64,000 nt of DNA from Myxococcales bacterium (GTDB lineage Bacteria > Myxococcota_A > UBA9042 > JABWCM01 > BTVJ01): positions 32,001 through 96,000 of the forward strand of contig BTVJ01000002.1 of the NCBI GenBank assembly GCA_045863395.1, written 5' to 3'. Positions 9,560 to 20,700 of this stretch are shown here, in pieces; positions within the stretch are counted from its first letter, which is position 1; each line of letters opens with the position of its first letter. Under the pieces are notes generated by a model. It was not told the DNA's origin, did not search any database, and saw only the letters and a program-made list of their open reading frames with translations. A program made the translations under genes and the position numbers.

Positions 9560-12373
9560 TCAAACCCCCGGAGGCAGGAGCGCGTCGAGCCACGCCGCGT
9601 CGCGGTCCGTAGTGTCCTCGGGGGCTGGTGGCGAGGGTGGGAGCGGGGTGAGCTGGCGGAGGCCGCTCTCGGTGGGGAAGCCCAGGCGGGCGAGGTCGAG
9701 CGCCTCTGGGATCGCCCAGCCGTCATGGGCATGTGACGCGAGGAAGCGGTCCAGGTCCGTGCGCTCCAGCGCAGAGAGAGCGGCGACCGCGAGCACCGTC
9801 GAGCGGAGCTGGGGTGGCAGCGCGCGGTCGACGCGCCAGTGGCCCCGCGGCGGGAGCGCGGCCCACGTCGTCGCGGGCGCGCCCTCCGGGCAGGCGCAGT
9901 CCGACAGGAGCTCCGCCAGGTCCCGGGCGCACAGCCCCCACGCGGCGGCCACCACCGCGTCGAGCTGGGCGCCGAAGCGCAGGCGGTCCGCCCGAGACCG
10001 CGCCCAGAGGGAGGCCGGGGGGCGGTCACCCAGTGTGGGGCGGAGCTGGCGCCACTCCCGGCTGAACAGGGGGTGGGCCATGCACAGGCGCGCCACCAGG
10101 AGGGGGAATCCCGGGGGCAGGGCGTCTGGCGGCGGGAGCGTCGCCTCCACCATCACGAAGCGGCTCAGGTTGAGCCCGCCGAGGCGTCGCCGGAGCTGGG
10201 CGTCGAAGACGAAGGACCCGAGGACGCCCGTGAGCGCCAGGGATGGGAGCAGGCCGCCCGAGGGCCGCAGGAGGAACACGCTGTCCGCGGCGGCCCCAAA
10301 CGGGAGCAGCGTGGCGGCCAGGGTCCGGGCGTTGGTCGCCGAGGTGACGCGGGCGTAGGCCACCTTGGGGCCCGGGAGGACTCGGGGGAGCGAGAGCACG
10401 TCGCGGTCCACGAGGTACTGGGGGCCGAGGCGCTTCTGCTCCCACGGGACCTCCGCCCACCGGGCCGCGCGGCCGCGGCCCTCCACCCAGGCCTTGGCGG
10501 CTGGGTCGAGGGGGCCGATCATCCGGCCCTCCCAGAGGGGGACGGCAACGCCCTCGACGGCCTCGGGCGCGAGGGTGGGCCCGTCCAGCGAGGGGATGGC
10601 ACCGGCGCTCGCGCCCCACGGACCGCGGAGCCACAGGCCGAGCGGGGTCGCCCGGTAGCCGCGGGCCTCCCACTCCGGACGTGGGGGGAACAGCGCCGCG
10701 TGCGCGGTGGTGTGCAGCTCCGTGGCCCAGCGCAGCGCCCAGGGGCCCGTGCCGTCGCCGGCGATGCGGTCCCCGGCGGGAGGGCCGAGCCGCTGGAGCA
10801 ACCGATCCGTGGGGTCGACCTCGGCGACGGCGCCCCCCCCAAACGTGGCGGCAGGCACGACCTCCGCGACGTCCTCGGCCCGGTCCCAGTCGCTCGGGTC
10901 CCGGCGCATGAACGCGGCGCGGATGGTGTCTGTCGGCCCGCCTCGCTCCGCTACCACCACGCAGTACTTGTAGCGGTTGTCGATGGGGAAGGCGCGGGCC
11001 CGGTTCTCGAAGGCGAAGAGCCACTCCCACCTGAAGGACCGCAGGAGCGCGGAGCGCAGGTCGGCCGCGCCCCGGTCCGTGTAGATGGCCGCCGGCAGGA
11101 GCAGGCCGATGCGGCCTCCGGGGCGCACGAGCGCCATGGACAGCTCCGCAAACAGCTTCCACGCGTTGAGGTCGCCCGCGCCCTGGAGGCGGAAGGGGGC
11201 CCCCGGCGGGCGCAGCGCTGCGACGTGGCGCACCCAGCGGCCGAGCACTGTCTGGCGGGCCTGGAGCGCCGCCCACTCCGCATCCGCCTCGGGGTGGACG
11301 TCGAGCAGCGCGCGCCGCCGCTCCAGGGCCGCCTGGCGCCCAAGCCGGGGCAGCGCGGGGTCCCAGCGGGCGAAGAAGGAGCGCGACGACGGCTTGAGGG
11401 CCTCCCAGGGCGGGTTCCCGATGACCGCGTCGAAGGCCCCCGCATCGGGGAACGCGCGCTCCCAGTGGAGGAAGGGGGCACCGCAGCAGGGCACCCAGGA
11501 GGCCGCCCAGGCGTCGAGGGCGACCGGATCACGGGGCTCCTCCCGGGAGCGCGGGGGGAGGCCGAGCCCTTCGGCGCGCCGGGCCGCGCCGCGGGCGCGT
11601 CCGTCCGCCCGGATCACGAGCCCGGGCGGGCTCAGGCGCTGCCCCGGCCAGGCACCGAGGAGGCTGTCGCCGTGGCGCAGGTGGAGCGCCGCCGGGTCCA
11701 GCCGGGCGTCGCCGACCTCCAGCCAGAGGGCCGCGCGGCACAGGTCCACCGCCAGCGGGTCCCGGTCGACGCCGTGGAGGCACCCGGCCGCGGCGAGGGC
11801 CGCCTCTCGGGGAGTGGCGCCTGCAGCGACGGCCGCCGCCGCGAGCGCGCGGTGGGCGGGCAGCAACAGGCTCCCCGTGCCCATGGCGGGGTCGAGGACG
11901 CGAGGGCTCCCCCGATGTGGGGTGCCAAGGGGGAGCAGGGTCCGGCGCACCGTCGGGTCGGCGAGCCGTGGGTGGGTGAAGAAGCTGCCCGAGCCCTTGC
12001 GGTGGTCGGGGCGCCGGGCCAGGAGCTGCTCATAGAGGCGCCCGATGAGCTCCGGGCGCGCGGCCACGGCCGCGATGTCCCGCGGGTCGAGGGACTGAGC
12101 GACCGCGGCGATCTCCGTGCCTGCGAGGGTCACGTCCGCTGGCGCGAGGTCGAGGGCCGGCAGGTCCCCCCGCGCCCGGGCCAGCGCCTGGGACGCTGTG
12201 GCGGGGGCGTCCAGACCGAAGAGGGCCGGCGGCAGGAGCCCCCGGCGCTCCGCGGAGCGCAGCAACGCCACCGTGAGGCCGACGCGGGCAGCCAGGTCGC
12301 GGGCCTCGTCGCTCGCCTCACGCTCCCGTCGAAGCCGCGCCGCGAGCCGCTCCACGGCCGCGGCGAAGGTCAC
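9560..12373 (-). CDS. N6-adenine DNA methyltransferase of Eco57I/Type IIG-like architecture, with a C-terminal target-recognition-like region and no evident N-terminal nuclease
   Basis: RKGSGSFFT, motif I VLDPAMGTGSLL, HGVDRDPLAV, motif IV IGNPPWE, FENRARAFPID, PLWEGRMI and TSATNARTL. The GTG start overlaps the recD stop (GTGA). Confidence 0.85.
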   Translation of the reverse strand: MTFAAAVERLAARLRREREASDEARDLAARVGLTVALLRSAERRGLLPPALFGLDAPATASQALARARGDLPALDLAPADVTLAGTEIAAVAQSLDPRDIAAVAARPELIGRLYEQLLARRPDHRKGSGSFFTHPRLADPTVRRTLLPLGTPHRGSPRVLDPAMGTGSLLLPAHRALAAAAVAAGATPREAALAAAGCLHGVDRDPLAVDLCRAALWLEVGDARLDPAALHLRHGDSLLGAWPGQRLSPPGLVIRADGRARGAARRAEGLGLPPRSREEPRDPVALDAWAASWVPCCGAPFLHWERAFPDAGAFDAVIGNPPWEALKPSSRSFFARWDPALPRLGRQAALERRRALLDVHPEADAEWAALQARQTVLGRWVRHVAALRPPGAPFRLQGAGDLNAWKLFAELSMALVRPGGRIGLLLPAAIYTDRGAADLRSALLRSFRWEWLFAFENRARAFPIDNRYKYCVVVAERGGPTDTIRAAFMRRDPSDWDRAEDVAEVVPAATFGGGAVAEVDPTDRLLQRLGPPAGDRIAGDGTGPWALRWATELHTTAHAALFPPRPEWEARGYRATPLGLWLRGPWGASAGAIPSLDGPTLAPEAVEGVAVPLWEGRMIGPLDPAAKAWVEGRGRAARWAEVPWEQKRLGPQYLVDRDVLSLPRVLPGPKVAYARVTSATNARTLAATLLPFGAAADSVFLLRPSGGLLPSLALTGVLGSFVFDAQLRRRLGGLNLSRFVMVEATLPPPDALPPGFPLLVARLCMAHPLFSREWRQLRPTLGDRPPASLWARSRADRLRFGAQLDAVVAAAWGLCARDLAELLSDCACPEGAPATTWAALPPRGHWRVDRALPPQLRSTVLAVAALSALERTDLDRFLASHAHDGWAIPEALDLARLGFPTESGLRQLTPLPPSPPAPEDTTDRDAAWLDALLPPGV

Positions 12374-14217
12374 CACCCCCACAGGGCGTCCCCGAGGCCC
12401 GACGCCCGCTCCACCCGCTCGGCGACGGTCACGGCGAGCACCCCCGGCGCGCCCACCACCGTCACCCGATGGCGCGCCCGGGTGAGCCCCGTGTAGAGCA
12501 GCTCCCGGGTGAGCACGGGGGACGGCCGCTCGGGGAGCACCACCATGGCGTGCGACACCTCAGAGCCCTGGCTCTTGTGGACCGTCATGGCGAAGGCGGT
12601 CTCGTGGGCGGGGAGCAGGGCGGGGCTCACCGGCCTCGGCTGGCCGTCGGCGCCCGGGAACCACACGGCGAGCCCACCGTGCCCCGGGAGCACCACGCCC
12701 AGGTCGCCGTTGAAGAGCCCCGACTGTGGGTCGTTGCGGCTGACGAGCACCGGGCGGCCGCGCCAGAACAGGCCGCGGGGCGCGATGAGGCCCGCGCCTT
12801 CGAGCCACCGCTCCGCCGCCTCGTTCAGGCCTTCGACGCCCCAGAGGCCACGCCGGTGGGCGCACAGCAGGCGGAAGCGGTCCAGGGCCGCGAGGGCCTC
12901 CCCGGGGTCGCGCGCCGAGACCAGGGGGCGCAGCTCTGCGACCACCGTCTGCTCCACCTCCGGGGGGAGGACCCCACCGGTGGGGCGCACCCACCGCAGG
13001 TCGTCGTGGGGCACGCCGGGGCGCTCCGTGATCGACCCGTCCAGCAGACCCGCGGCCCGCGCCGCGTCCCCGACATTGACGGCCCGGGCCAGCGCGCCGA
13101 TGCCGCTCCCCTCCTGGAAGCGGTGGGTGCGCACGAGCGCCACCACCGCGTCGCCCATGGTGGGGGGGCCCGCCACCAGCTCCGGTGGGAGGGGGCCCAC
13201 CAGGGGGGTGAGGGTGGCGGCGAAGCGGGTGGAGAAGCCCCGAGTGGGGGGGCCGCACAGGTCGGCGAGGACGGCGCCGGACTCCACGCTCGCGAGCTGG
13301 TCCCGGTCGCCGAGCAGCACGATGCGCGCGCGCCTGGGCACCGCGAGCACGAGCCTCGTCATGAGCCCCAGATCCACCATGGAGGCCTCGTCGACGACGA
13401 CCACGTCCGCGGGGATGGGGTCCTCGGCGGTGTGGCGCACCGATCCGTCCGGTCGCCACCCGAGCAGGCGGTGGATGGTGGTCGCCTCGTCGGGGATGCG
13501 GGCGAGCAGGGTGGGGCTCGCCCCGAGCGCCCCTCTTCCCGCTCGCACCGCCTCGGCCAGGCGCGCCGCCGCCTTGCCCGTGGGGGCCGCGAGGGCGATG
13601 CGCAGGGGTCCGCCCGCCTGCTCGGCGAGCAGCGCGAGCACCTTCACCACCGTGGTCGTCTTGCCGGTGCCCGGGCCGCCCGTGATCACGGCGAAGGACC
13701 GCAGCACGGCGACGGCGGCAGCCAGGCGCTGCCGGTCGAGCTCGCCGTCGTCGCGCGGGAACAGCCGGTCGAGCCCGCGCCGAAGCAGGTCCAGATCCAC
13801 CGCGCCGGCGCGCGTCCGCCACGTCTCCCCCTCCGGCGCTCCGTCCCCCACCCGGGCCCGCAGCGCGGCGACCAGCGCTTGCTGCCAGCGCCACGAGCGC
13901 TGGAGGTAGAGGCGGTGGCCGTCCAGCACCAGCGGAGCGGCCCCGTCCCCTACGAGGGGCGAGTGACGCAGCGTCTCGACCCACGCCGCCGGCTCGGGCC
14001 AGGGCAGGGTGTCCAGGTCGGGGGCCTCCTCGAGGCGCACCGCCCGCCGCGCCGCCGCCAGGTCGAGGCACACGTGGCCCGCCGTGGGCGCCTTGCTCGC
14101 CAGCGCCATGGCGAGCACCGCGTCGGGGTTGGCCTCACCGGCGAGACGCGCCGCCGCCCGGGCCAGATGCACGTCGACGGGGGAGAGGACCCCGGCCTCC
14201 AGGAGCGCCGTCAGCAT
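12370..14217 (-). CDS. recD: Exodeoxyribonuclease V alpha subunit
   Basis: ITGGPGTGKTT, APTGKAAARL, TIHRLLG, DEASMVD, LGDRDQLASVE and TVHKSQGSE. ATG 14217 overlaps the recB stop. Confidence 0.95.
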   Translation of the reverse strand: MLTALLEAGVLSPVDVHLARAAARLAGEANPDAVLAMALASKAPTAGHVCLDLAAARRAVRLEEAPDLDTLPWPEPAAWVETLRHSPLVGDGAAPLVLDGHRLYLQRSWRWQQALVAALRARVGDGAPEGETWRTRAGAVDLDLLRRGLDRLFPRDDGELDRQRLAAAVAVLRSFAVITGGPGTGKTTTVVKVLALLAEQAGGPLRIALAAPTGKAAARLAEAVRAGRGALGASPTLLARIPDEATTIHRLLGWRPDGSVRHTAEDPIPADVVVVDEASMVDLGLMTRLVLAVPRRARIVLLGDRDQLASVESGAVLADLCGPPTRGFSTRFAATLTPLVGPLPPELVAGPPTMGDAVVALVRTHRFQEGSGIGALARAVNVGDAARAAGLLDGSITERPGVPHDDLRWVRPTGGVLPPEVEQTVVAELRPLVSARDPGEALAALDRFRLLCAHRRGLWGVEGLNEAAERWLEGAGLIAPRGLFWRGRPVLVSRNDPQSGLFNGDLGVVLPGHGGLAVWFPGADGQPRPVSPALLPAHETAFAMTVHKSQGSEVSHAMVVLPERPSPVLTRELLYTGLTRARHRVTVVGAPGVLAVTVAERVERASGLGDALWGW

Positions 14218-17200
14218 GGGTCCCCCTCCCCGGAGAGCACCCGGTCCAGAGCCAGGACCGCCTCCCGCGGCGGACGCGCAGCCCACACGCCCGCGTCGCC
14301 GCCCACCATGCCGCGCAGGAACAGCCACAGGCCGCCCCCCACGTGGGCCTCATAGTCGTAGTCCGGCAGCCGCCAGCGCAGGAGGCGGTGCAGCGCGACC
14401 ACGTACAGGTGGAGCTGGAGCACGTAGTGGTGCTCCACCATGGCGCGCGTCATGGCCGCCACCCCGTAGTCCGAGGCGCGGTCGCCCAGGTGGTTCGACT
14501 TCCAGTCGGCCACGAAGTAGCGCCCGTCCCGCCGGACGATCAGGTCGATGGCCCCGGTCAGGAAGCCGCGCAGGGGCTCCGGGCCGAGCCGCGCGAGGCG
14601 GTCCGTGTAGCCGTCGGGGACGCCGGGGGTCGGGTGCTGCCGGAAGACGTCCACCACCCGCGCGAAGGGGACTGGGGTGCCGGGCGCCATACCCCCGGCC
14701 AGGGGCAGATCGAAGTCCAGCTCCCGCAGGGTGTCGCTGAGTGGGATCGTCGAGAGCGCGGCGCCCAGCGTCGGGATGGGCGTGTCGAGCGCCGCCGTCA
14801 GCCCCGCCGTGAGCACGCCGCCCCACGCGGGGTCCAGGCCCTGGCGTCGCAGCTCCCGGTCGGCGAGGTCCCACAGAGGAGCCGCGCCGGCGCCAAAGTC
14901 ATGGTGCTCCAGCACGGCGTGCAGCAGGGTGCCGGCCCGCGCTCCCCGCTCGAAGGTGGCGAGCGGGACCGGCTCGCCCTCGCTCACCGCGGGCACCTCG
15001 CCCTCGTCCGCCTCGTCCCGGTCGTGGGGATCGTCGGCCCCCCGCGTCAGGGCGGTGTAGCTCGTGCGGCGCCACGACGGGTCGCGGGGAGCGTCCAGGT
15101 CGTGCTCGCGCGCCCGGGGCTCGCCCGTCGGCTGCGGCGCCTCCCACCGCGCCCCCTCCTCGCCCGGGGCAGTCACCAGGACGCCCACGCTTCCGCCGGA
15201 TCCGTCGGCGAGGCACTCCAGCTCCGCGATCAGCGCCTCGTCGTCCGTCTGCTTCCACGAGAGGGGCTCCTCTGAAGGGTGGAGCAGCCTCGCCAGGGGG
15301 GATCCCTCCGCGTCCGTCGCGGCGGCCCAGTAGATCACCGCGCGATGCTCCGCGCGGGTCAGCCCGACGTACGCGAGGCGCATGGCCTCGGCCCGGTCCT
15401 CGCGCTCAACGGCGTCGGCCGCCCCCTGACGGTCCGGGGCCGTGGGATCCACGTGCAGGTGCACGTCCGTCCCCCCGCCCGGGTGGAAGCGCAGCAGCTC
15501 CGCCCCCTTCGACGTCTTGCCGTCCCAGAGGTGGGGGCAGTACACCACCGGGTACTGGAGCCCCTTGGAGCCGTGCAGCGTCACCACCTGGGCGGCGTCG
15601 GCGTCGCTCTCCAGGCGCAGGGCGCGCTCCTCGGACTTGGACTCCTCCAGGCGCTCGGCGCGGAGCCACGCCACGAGGCCCGCTGGCTCCAGGCGCCGCT
15701 CCTCGGCCGCCCCGTGGAGCAGCTCCGCCGCGTGGAGCAGGTTGACCATGCGCCGCTCCCCGCCCACCTGCGCCAGCACGCGGGGGGCGTAGTCCACGGC
15801 GTCGAGCAGCGCACGGACCATGCGCATCACCCCCTCCTGGCGCCACAGGCGCCCGAGGTCACGCAGCAGGACGATCCACCGCTCCAGCGCCTCCGGGTCG
15901 TCCTCCAAGGCGGCGAGCTCCGAGGCGCCGAGCCCCACCAGGTCCGTCGCCAGCGCCGCCTTGAGCACACCGAGGCGGCCCGGCTCCAGGGCTGCGTCCA
16001 TCACCCGGAGCAGGTCCGTGGCCTCCTCCTGGCCAAGCACGTCCGCCCCACCGCGGCGGACGGCAGGTACCCCCACGTCCCGCAGCGCGCGCTGGACTTG
16101 CGCCGCCTGGTGGTGGCTCCGCACCAGGACCGCCACGTCGCGCGCAGTCAGCGGTCGCCCCTCGATGCTCGCTCCACTGGAGAGCAGCCGCGCCACGTCC
16201 GCCGCGACCAGGGTCGCCAGGGCCTCACACAGCGCGGCCTTTCCCCACGGCTTCGCGGGGCGGGGCAGGAACCGGACCGTCAGCGGCGCCCACCCGTCGG
16301 GCGCCTGGAGCCGCTGCATGTGACGCGGTGCCACGGGCGTCCAGGGGATGCGCTCCTCGACGAAAGGTGCGTGGATCGCGGGGCGCCCGAACAGGTGCTG
16401 CACGGCGCCGATGAGCCCTGCGTCAGAGCGGTGGTTGCGGTCCAGGGCGAACGTCGCGCGCGCCGTGTCCCGGGCCCCCAGGTAGGCGTAGATGTCAGCC
16501 CCCCGGAAGCCGTAGATCGCCTGCTTGGGGTCGCCGATGAGGACGAGGCGGCAGGGCGGGGAGGCGAAGAGGGTGTGGAAGATACGCCACTGGGCCGGGT
16601 CCGTGTCCTGGAACTCGTCGATGAGGGCGGCGCGGGTCCGGGACCGGATGGAGGCGACCAGGCGTCCCCCCGCCGGGCCCGTGACGGCCTCCTCCACCGC
16701 GTGGATCAGGTCGTCGAAGGTCTGGAGCCGCAGCGCTGCCTTGCGCCTCGGCAGCTCCTGACGCACCCACGCGACCAGCCCGTGCCGAAAGGAGAGGGCG
16801 ACGGCCGCCGCCACCTCCGCCAGCGCCTCCGTGTGGGCCACCAGCTCGTCGAGGGCGTCGAAGGCCGGGTGGTGGGGAGCGGTGCCGCCCTTGGAGGTGG
16901 CGGTGGCGAGCGCGTCGGGAAGGAAGCGGGGCATCGCGTCAGGCAGCGCCCGGAAGGGGTCGCCGGGCGCCGCCGCCCAGCCGTCCATGGCGGCGAGGCG
17001 GGTCCGAAGCCAGTCGGGGCGCCACTTCTGACCGCTCAGCGCCTTTCGGGTGATGGCGTCCGTGAGCAGCGCCTCGATGGCCTGGCGCCCCTCGATCCAC
17101 AGCGAGCGCGCGCAGTCGTGGGCGCGCTGCCAGCCGGTGACGTTCACCTCCGGGGGGGCTCCCGGCTTCTCGGGCACCACCACCAGGCGGGGCCGAGCGG

Positions 17201-17750
17201 CCACTTCGGCGGCCAACTGGATCAGCGACGCCTGCGTCACGCCCTGCGACCGCAGGGCCTGCACCATCGCCAGCGGAGCGTCGTGCAGCTCCCGCGTGAG
17301 CCAGTCGGCGACGAGCTGCTGGAGCAGCGGCGTGGCGTCCGTCTCCAGCTCCAGGTCCAGGTCCGCGCCGCTCTCGAAGGCGTTGGCCTGGAGCACGCGC
17401 TTGCAGAAGCCGTGGATCGTGTGGATCTGCGCCTCGTCGAAGCTCTCCAGCGCCAGGCGCACGCGGGCCGTGGCGTCCGGGATGGTGGCCACGTGGGCGA
17501 GCACGGGGTCTCCTCCAGAGGGTGCGCCGCCGAGCACCGCGAGCCCGTCCCGCAGGCGGGCGCGCACGCGCTCCCGCAGCTCCGCCGTGGCGGCCTCTGT
17601 GAACGTGACGATCAGCAGCTCCCCGATGGGGACCCCTTGGGCGACCAGCTCCAGGGCGAGGCTGGCGATGCTCCAGGTCTTGCCGGTGCCGGCGCTCGCC
17701 TCCAGCAGCGTGACGCCCTCGGCGAGGCGAGCCGTGGGGTCGAAGCTCAT
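14211..17750 (-). CDS. recB: Exodeoxyribonuclease V beta subunit
   Basis: EASAGTGKT, TFTEAATAELR, IDEFQDTD, GDPKQAIYGFRGAD; C-terminal nuclease GAIDL...ADWKSN...QLHLY. Confidence 0.95.
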   Translation of the reverse strand: MSFDPTARLAEGVTLLEASAGTGKTWSIASLALELVAQGVPIGELLIVTFTEAATAELRERVRARLRDGLAVLGGAPSGGDPVLAHVATIPDATARVRLALESFDEAQIHTIHGFCKRVLQANAFESGADLDLELETDATPLLQQLVADWLTRELHDAPLAMVQALRSQGVTQASLIQLAAEVAARPRLVVVPEKPGAPPEVNVTGWQRAHDCARSLWIEGRQAIEALLTDAITRKALSGQKWRPDWLRTRLAAMDGWAAAPGDPFRALPDAMPRFLPDALATATSKGGTAPHHPAFDALDELVAHTEALAEVAAAVALSFRHGLVAWVRQELPRRKAALRLQTFDDLIHAVEEAVTGPAGGRLVASIRSRTRAALIDEFQDTDPAQWRIFHTLFASPPCRLVLIGDPKQAIYGFRGADIYAYLGARDTARATFALDRNHRSDAGLIGAVQHLFGRPAIHAPFVEERIPWTPVAPRHMQRLQAPDGWAPLTVRFLPRPAKPWGKAALCEALATLVAADVARLLSSGASIEGRPLTARDVAVLVRSHHQAAQVQRALRDVGVPAVRRGGADVLGQEEATDLLRVMDAALEPGRLGVLKAALATDLVGLGASELAALEDDPEALERWIVLLRDLGRLWRQEGVMRMVRALLDAVDYAPRVLAQVGGERRMVNLLHAAELLHGAAEERRLEPAGLVAWLRAERLEESKSEERALRLESDADAAQVVTLHGSKGLQYPVVYCPHLWDGKTSKGAELLRFHPGGGTDVHLHVDPTAPDRQGAADAVEREDRAEAMRLAYVGLTRAEHRAVIYWAAATDAEGSPLARLLHPSEEPLSWKQTDDEALIAELECLADGSGGSVGVLVTAPGEEGARWEAPQPTGEPRAREHDLDAPRDPSWRRTSYTALTRGADDPHDRDEADEGEVPAVSEGEPVPLATFERGARAGTLLHAVLEHHDFGAGAAPLWDLADRELRRQGLDPAWGGVLTAGLTAALDTPIPTLGAALSTIPLSDTLRELDFDLPLAGGMAPGTPVPFARVVDVFRQHPTPGVPDGYTDRLARLGPEPLRGFLTGAIDLIVRRDGRYFVADWKSNHLGDRASDYGVAAMTRAMVEHHYVLQLHLYVVALHRLLRWRLPDYDYEAHVGGGLWLFLRGMVGGDAGVWAARPPREAVLALDRVLSGEGDPC

Positions 17751-20700
17751 TCGGCCTCCGTCGCGAGGAGCGGGGCCCAGACCGTCACGGCCAGCTCGCC
17801 GAAGTCGCCGCCATTCCAGGGGAGCGGGTCGACCAGGCTCGCGTCGCCGAGGATCCGCGCCGCGGCCTCGTCTGCTTCGCCGTCCCAGGCCGCTCTGGCC
17901 ACCGCCAGCGCCTTGTCCGGCGTCGAGGGGTCGCGGGCCATGGCGACCGCACAGGCGCGGGACGCCTCCGCCGCGAAGGGCAGGGGGAGGCTCTGGCCCC
18001 GCAGCCAGAGGGTGAGCAGGCTCTCCAGAGCCGTGCGGGCGTCTCCTTCATCGAGCGCTCCCAGCCGGAGCACCGTGGGGGCGTCCGCGCCGCCCACGGC
18101 CACGAGGCGGCTGTCGGCGGGGCCATCGGACAGGTGCAGCGCCAGGTGCCGCACCCAGAGCGCCAGCTCGTGGTGCGCCTTGACCTTGCCCGCCTGGTGG
18201 GTGACGAGCCCGCCCGGGAAGCGGGGGACGCGCCCCACGAGGCGCACGCCGCCCAGCGTCAGGTCCACCTCCGCCGGGTCGAGGCGCGCGCCGCCACGCA
18301 GCGCCCGAACGACGCGCGCGATGGGGGCCGCCTCCGCCAGGGACAGCGCCACGAGGCCGTCCCCCGGAGTGCCGTGGGGCAGGAGCCCACTCGCCCTGGC
18401 GGCGGCGCCGGCCGCGTCCGCCCCAAGGCCGTCGAGGGTCCAGCCCAGCACCTGGTTCCGCAGCCCCCAGGCCCCGAGGGCGTCCAGCTCGATGGGCTCC
18501 CGGTCCGAGAGCGCCTCGGCCTCCTCCAGGGGGCGTACCCCGAGCCGCTCGGTGAGCCAGGCGCGCAGCGGCGAGCGGAAGAAGCGCGCGAGCCGGTCCA
18601 CCGTGACGACGGGGTCCCCGGGCGCGACCGATGCGGTGACGAAGGGGGGACGCGCCACGCGGGGACCCACGAGGGCTCGCGCCCCCGCCAGGTGCCTCCG
18701 GTCGTGGCTCAGCGGCTCGTCCCCGCCCACGCCGTAGGCCCGCGGGCTGAAGGGGTGCAGCGGGTGGGTGCGGACCAGGCGCTCCCGCGTGGCCTCCGCG
18801 TCCCCGGTAGCGAACGTGTCGGCGATGGCGTCGATCAGCTCCAGCACGGGGCCGCACGGGGGCAGGTGGCGATCATCCCGGGGGTCGCGGCCCGTCCAGG
18901 TGATCACCAGGCGGTCGCGGGCCGCCAGCAGGGCCTCCAGGAACATCATGCGATCATCGTCGCGCGGTGTGCGGTCCCCGATGCGCGGGGCGCGCGCGAC
19001 CACGTCGAGGCTGGAGCGCGGTGCCGCACGCGGGAAGGCCCCGTCGTCCAGGCCGAGCAGGCACACCACCCGGAAGGGGATGGACCGCATGGGCACCAGC
19101 GCCGCGAAGGTCACGTCCCCGGAGAGCAGCCCGCCGGCGCCGCCGCTTGCGCCGAGGCGGGCCTCCACCAGTGCGCGGGCGGCGTCGAAGGTCAGGGCGG
19201 GGCTGCCCGCCTCCTCCGCGAGGGCTGCCAGCGTGTCCCGCACCTGCTGAACGGAGCGCAGGCCCGCGGTCTCCGGGCAGACCAGCGCGTCGAGGACTCC
19301 GCTGAGCGTGGCGGACCAGTCAGCCATGATCCGCGGGGCCCGCAGGGAGGCGAGGGCACCGAACAGTGCCTCGCAGGCCGCCGCGAGGCGCCCGACGCGC
19401 TCGGCGCCCGCCCGGTCTCCTGCGGCCAGCGGGAGCACTCCGGCGAACAAGGTGGCCGGGTCGGGCTCCATGGCCCAGCCGAGCAGCAGCCGGTCGAGGC
19501 CGAAGCGCCAGGTGTGCTCCCCCGACGGGGGCTGCCCGTGTTCGGCGCGGTGAGCCGCGTCGATACCCCACCGGACGCCGCTGCGCGCGACGGCACCAAC
19601 GAGCTCCGCCAGCTCCTCGGCGGAGATGTCGAAGCGCGCCCGCACCGCGTCGAGCGACAGCAGGTCGACCACGGCGGGCGCCTCGCAGCGCCCTCCGACG
19701 AGCGCCAGGACGCTGAGCAGCGCCTCTGCGGCGGGGTTGGTGCCCCGGAGGGTCCGGTCCACGACGCGGAAGGGGATCCGGGGTTCGGCGGACCCGAACA
19801 CGGCGTCGAGGATCGGGGCCCACGTCTCGATGTCGGGGGTCATGACCAGCACGTCGCGGGGCGTCAGGTCCGGCAGCTCCGTGAAGATGGCGACCAGATC
19901 CTCGTGGAGGACCTCCGCCTGGCGCGTCCGCCCGTGGCAGGCGTGCAGGCGCACGGTGCCGTCGCACGGATCGCGGCGGAGGGGCTCGGCGCCCCCTCCC
20001 CGGTGGCGCAGGTGCAGGATGTCCGCCTGCAGGGCCGTGAGCGTCGTCGCGGTGCCGGGGTCCACGAAGAGGTCGCCCGGGGCGTCCCGGTAGCCGTCGC
20101 CCCCCTCCAGCACGACCTGGAAGTCTCGCGCGAGGCGCCCGAGGGAGGCCAGCAGCGGGTGCCCCTGCTCCAGGTGCAGGGCGTCGGCGTCGGCCGCGCC
20201 GGTCCGCCGCAGCTCCCGCGCGATGGTGCGCCGGTCCTGGACGTGCCCCCAGAAGACCCGGGACGGGCACAGGACGAAGAGGTGCACCTCCACGCGGCGG
20301 GACAGGGCGGACAGCAGGTCCAGGTAGAACGGCGGGAGCGCCGTGACGCCGAACACGAACAGGCGCTCGGGGAACCCGGGGATGGGGCCATCCGAGGCTG
20401 TGAGGGCGTCAGAGAACGCACGAGCGAGCGCAGCAGCGTGCGGAGCATCGATCAGCGAGGCGACACGGCGCCACAGGGCGGCGATCCAGGCCTCCTCGTC
20501 ATCAGCGCCCTCCTCCCAGCGCAGGACGGAGTCAGGGCGATACGTCAGGGCCCGGTCGAGCACCTCGGCGAGCGTGCGAGCGAGCTGGAGCCGCCGCCGC
20601 GACACGGGCTCGGCGTCGTCGCCCTGGAGGTACGCCGCCAGCGGCGCGAGCGCAGGGTCGTCCAAGGACGTCAACGCTCGCAGCACCGCCCACGCCAGAC

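Noticed and set aside
9624..9631. E. coli Chi sequence GCTGGTGG near the recBCD operon
   Set aside because: Such an 8-mer is expected by chance at this GC content, and Chi sequences are lineage-specific.
9560..12373. BREX or DISARM system
   Set aside because: No pglZ, brxC, drmA, drmB or drmD-like partner genes are present in the window.
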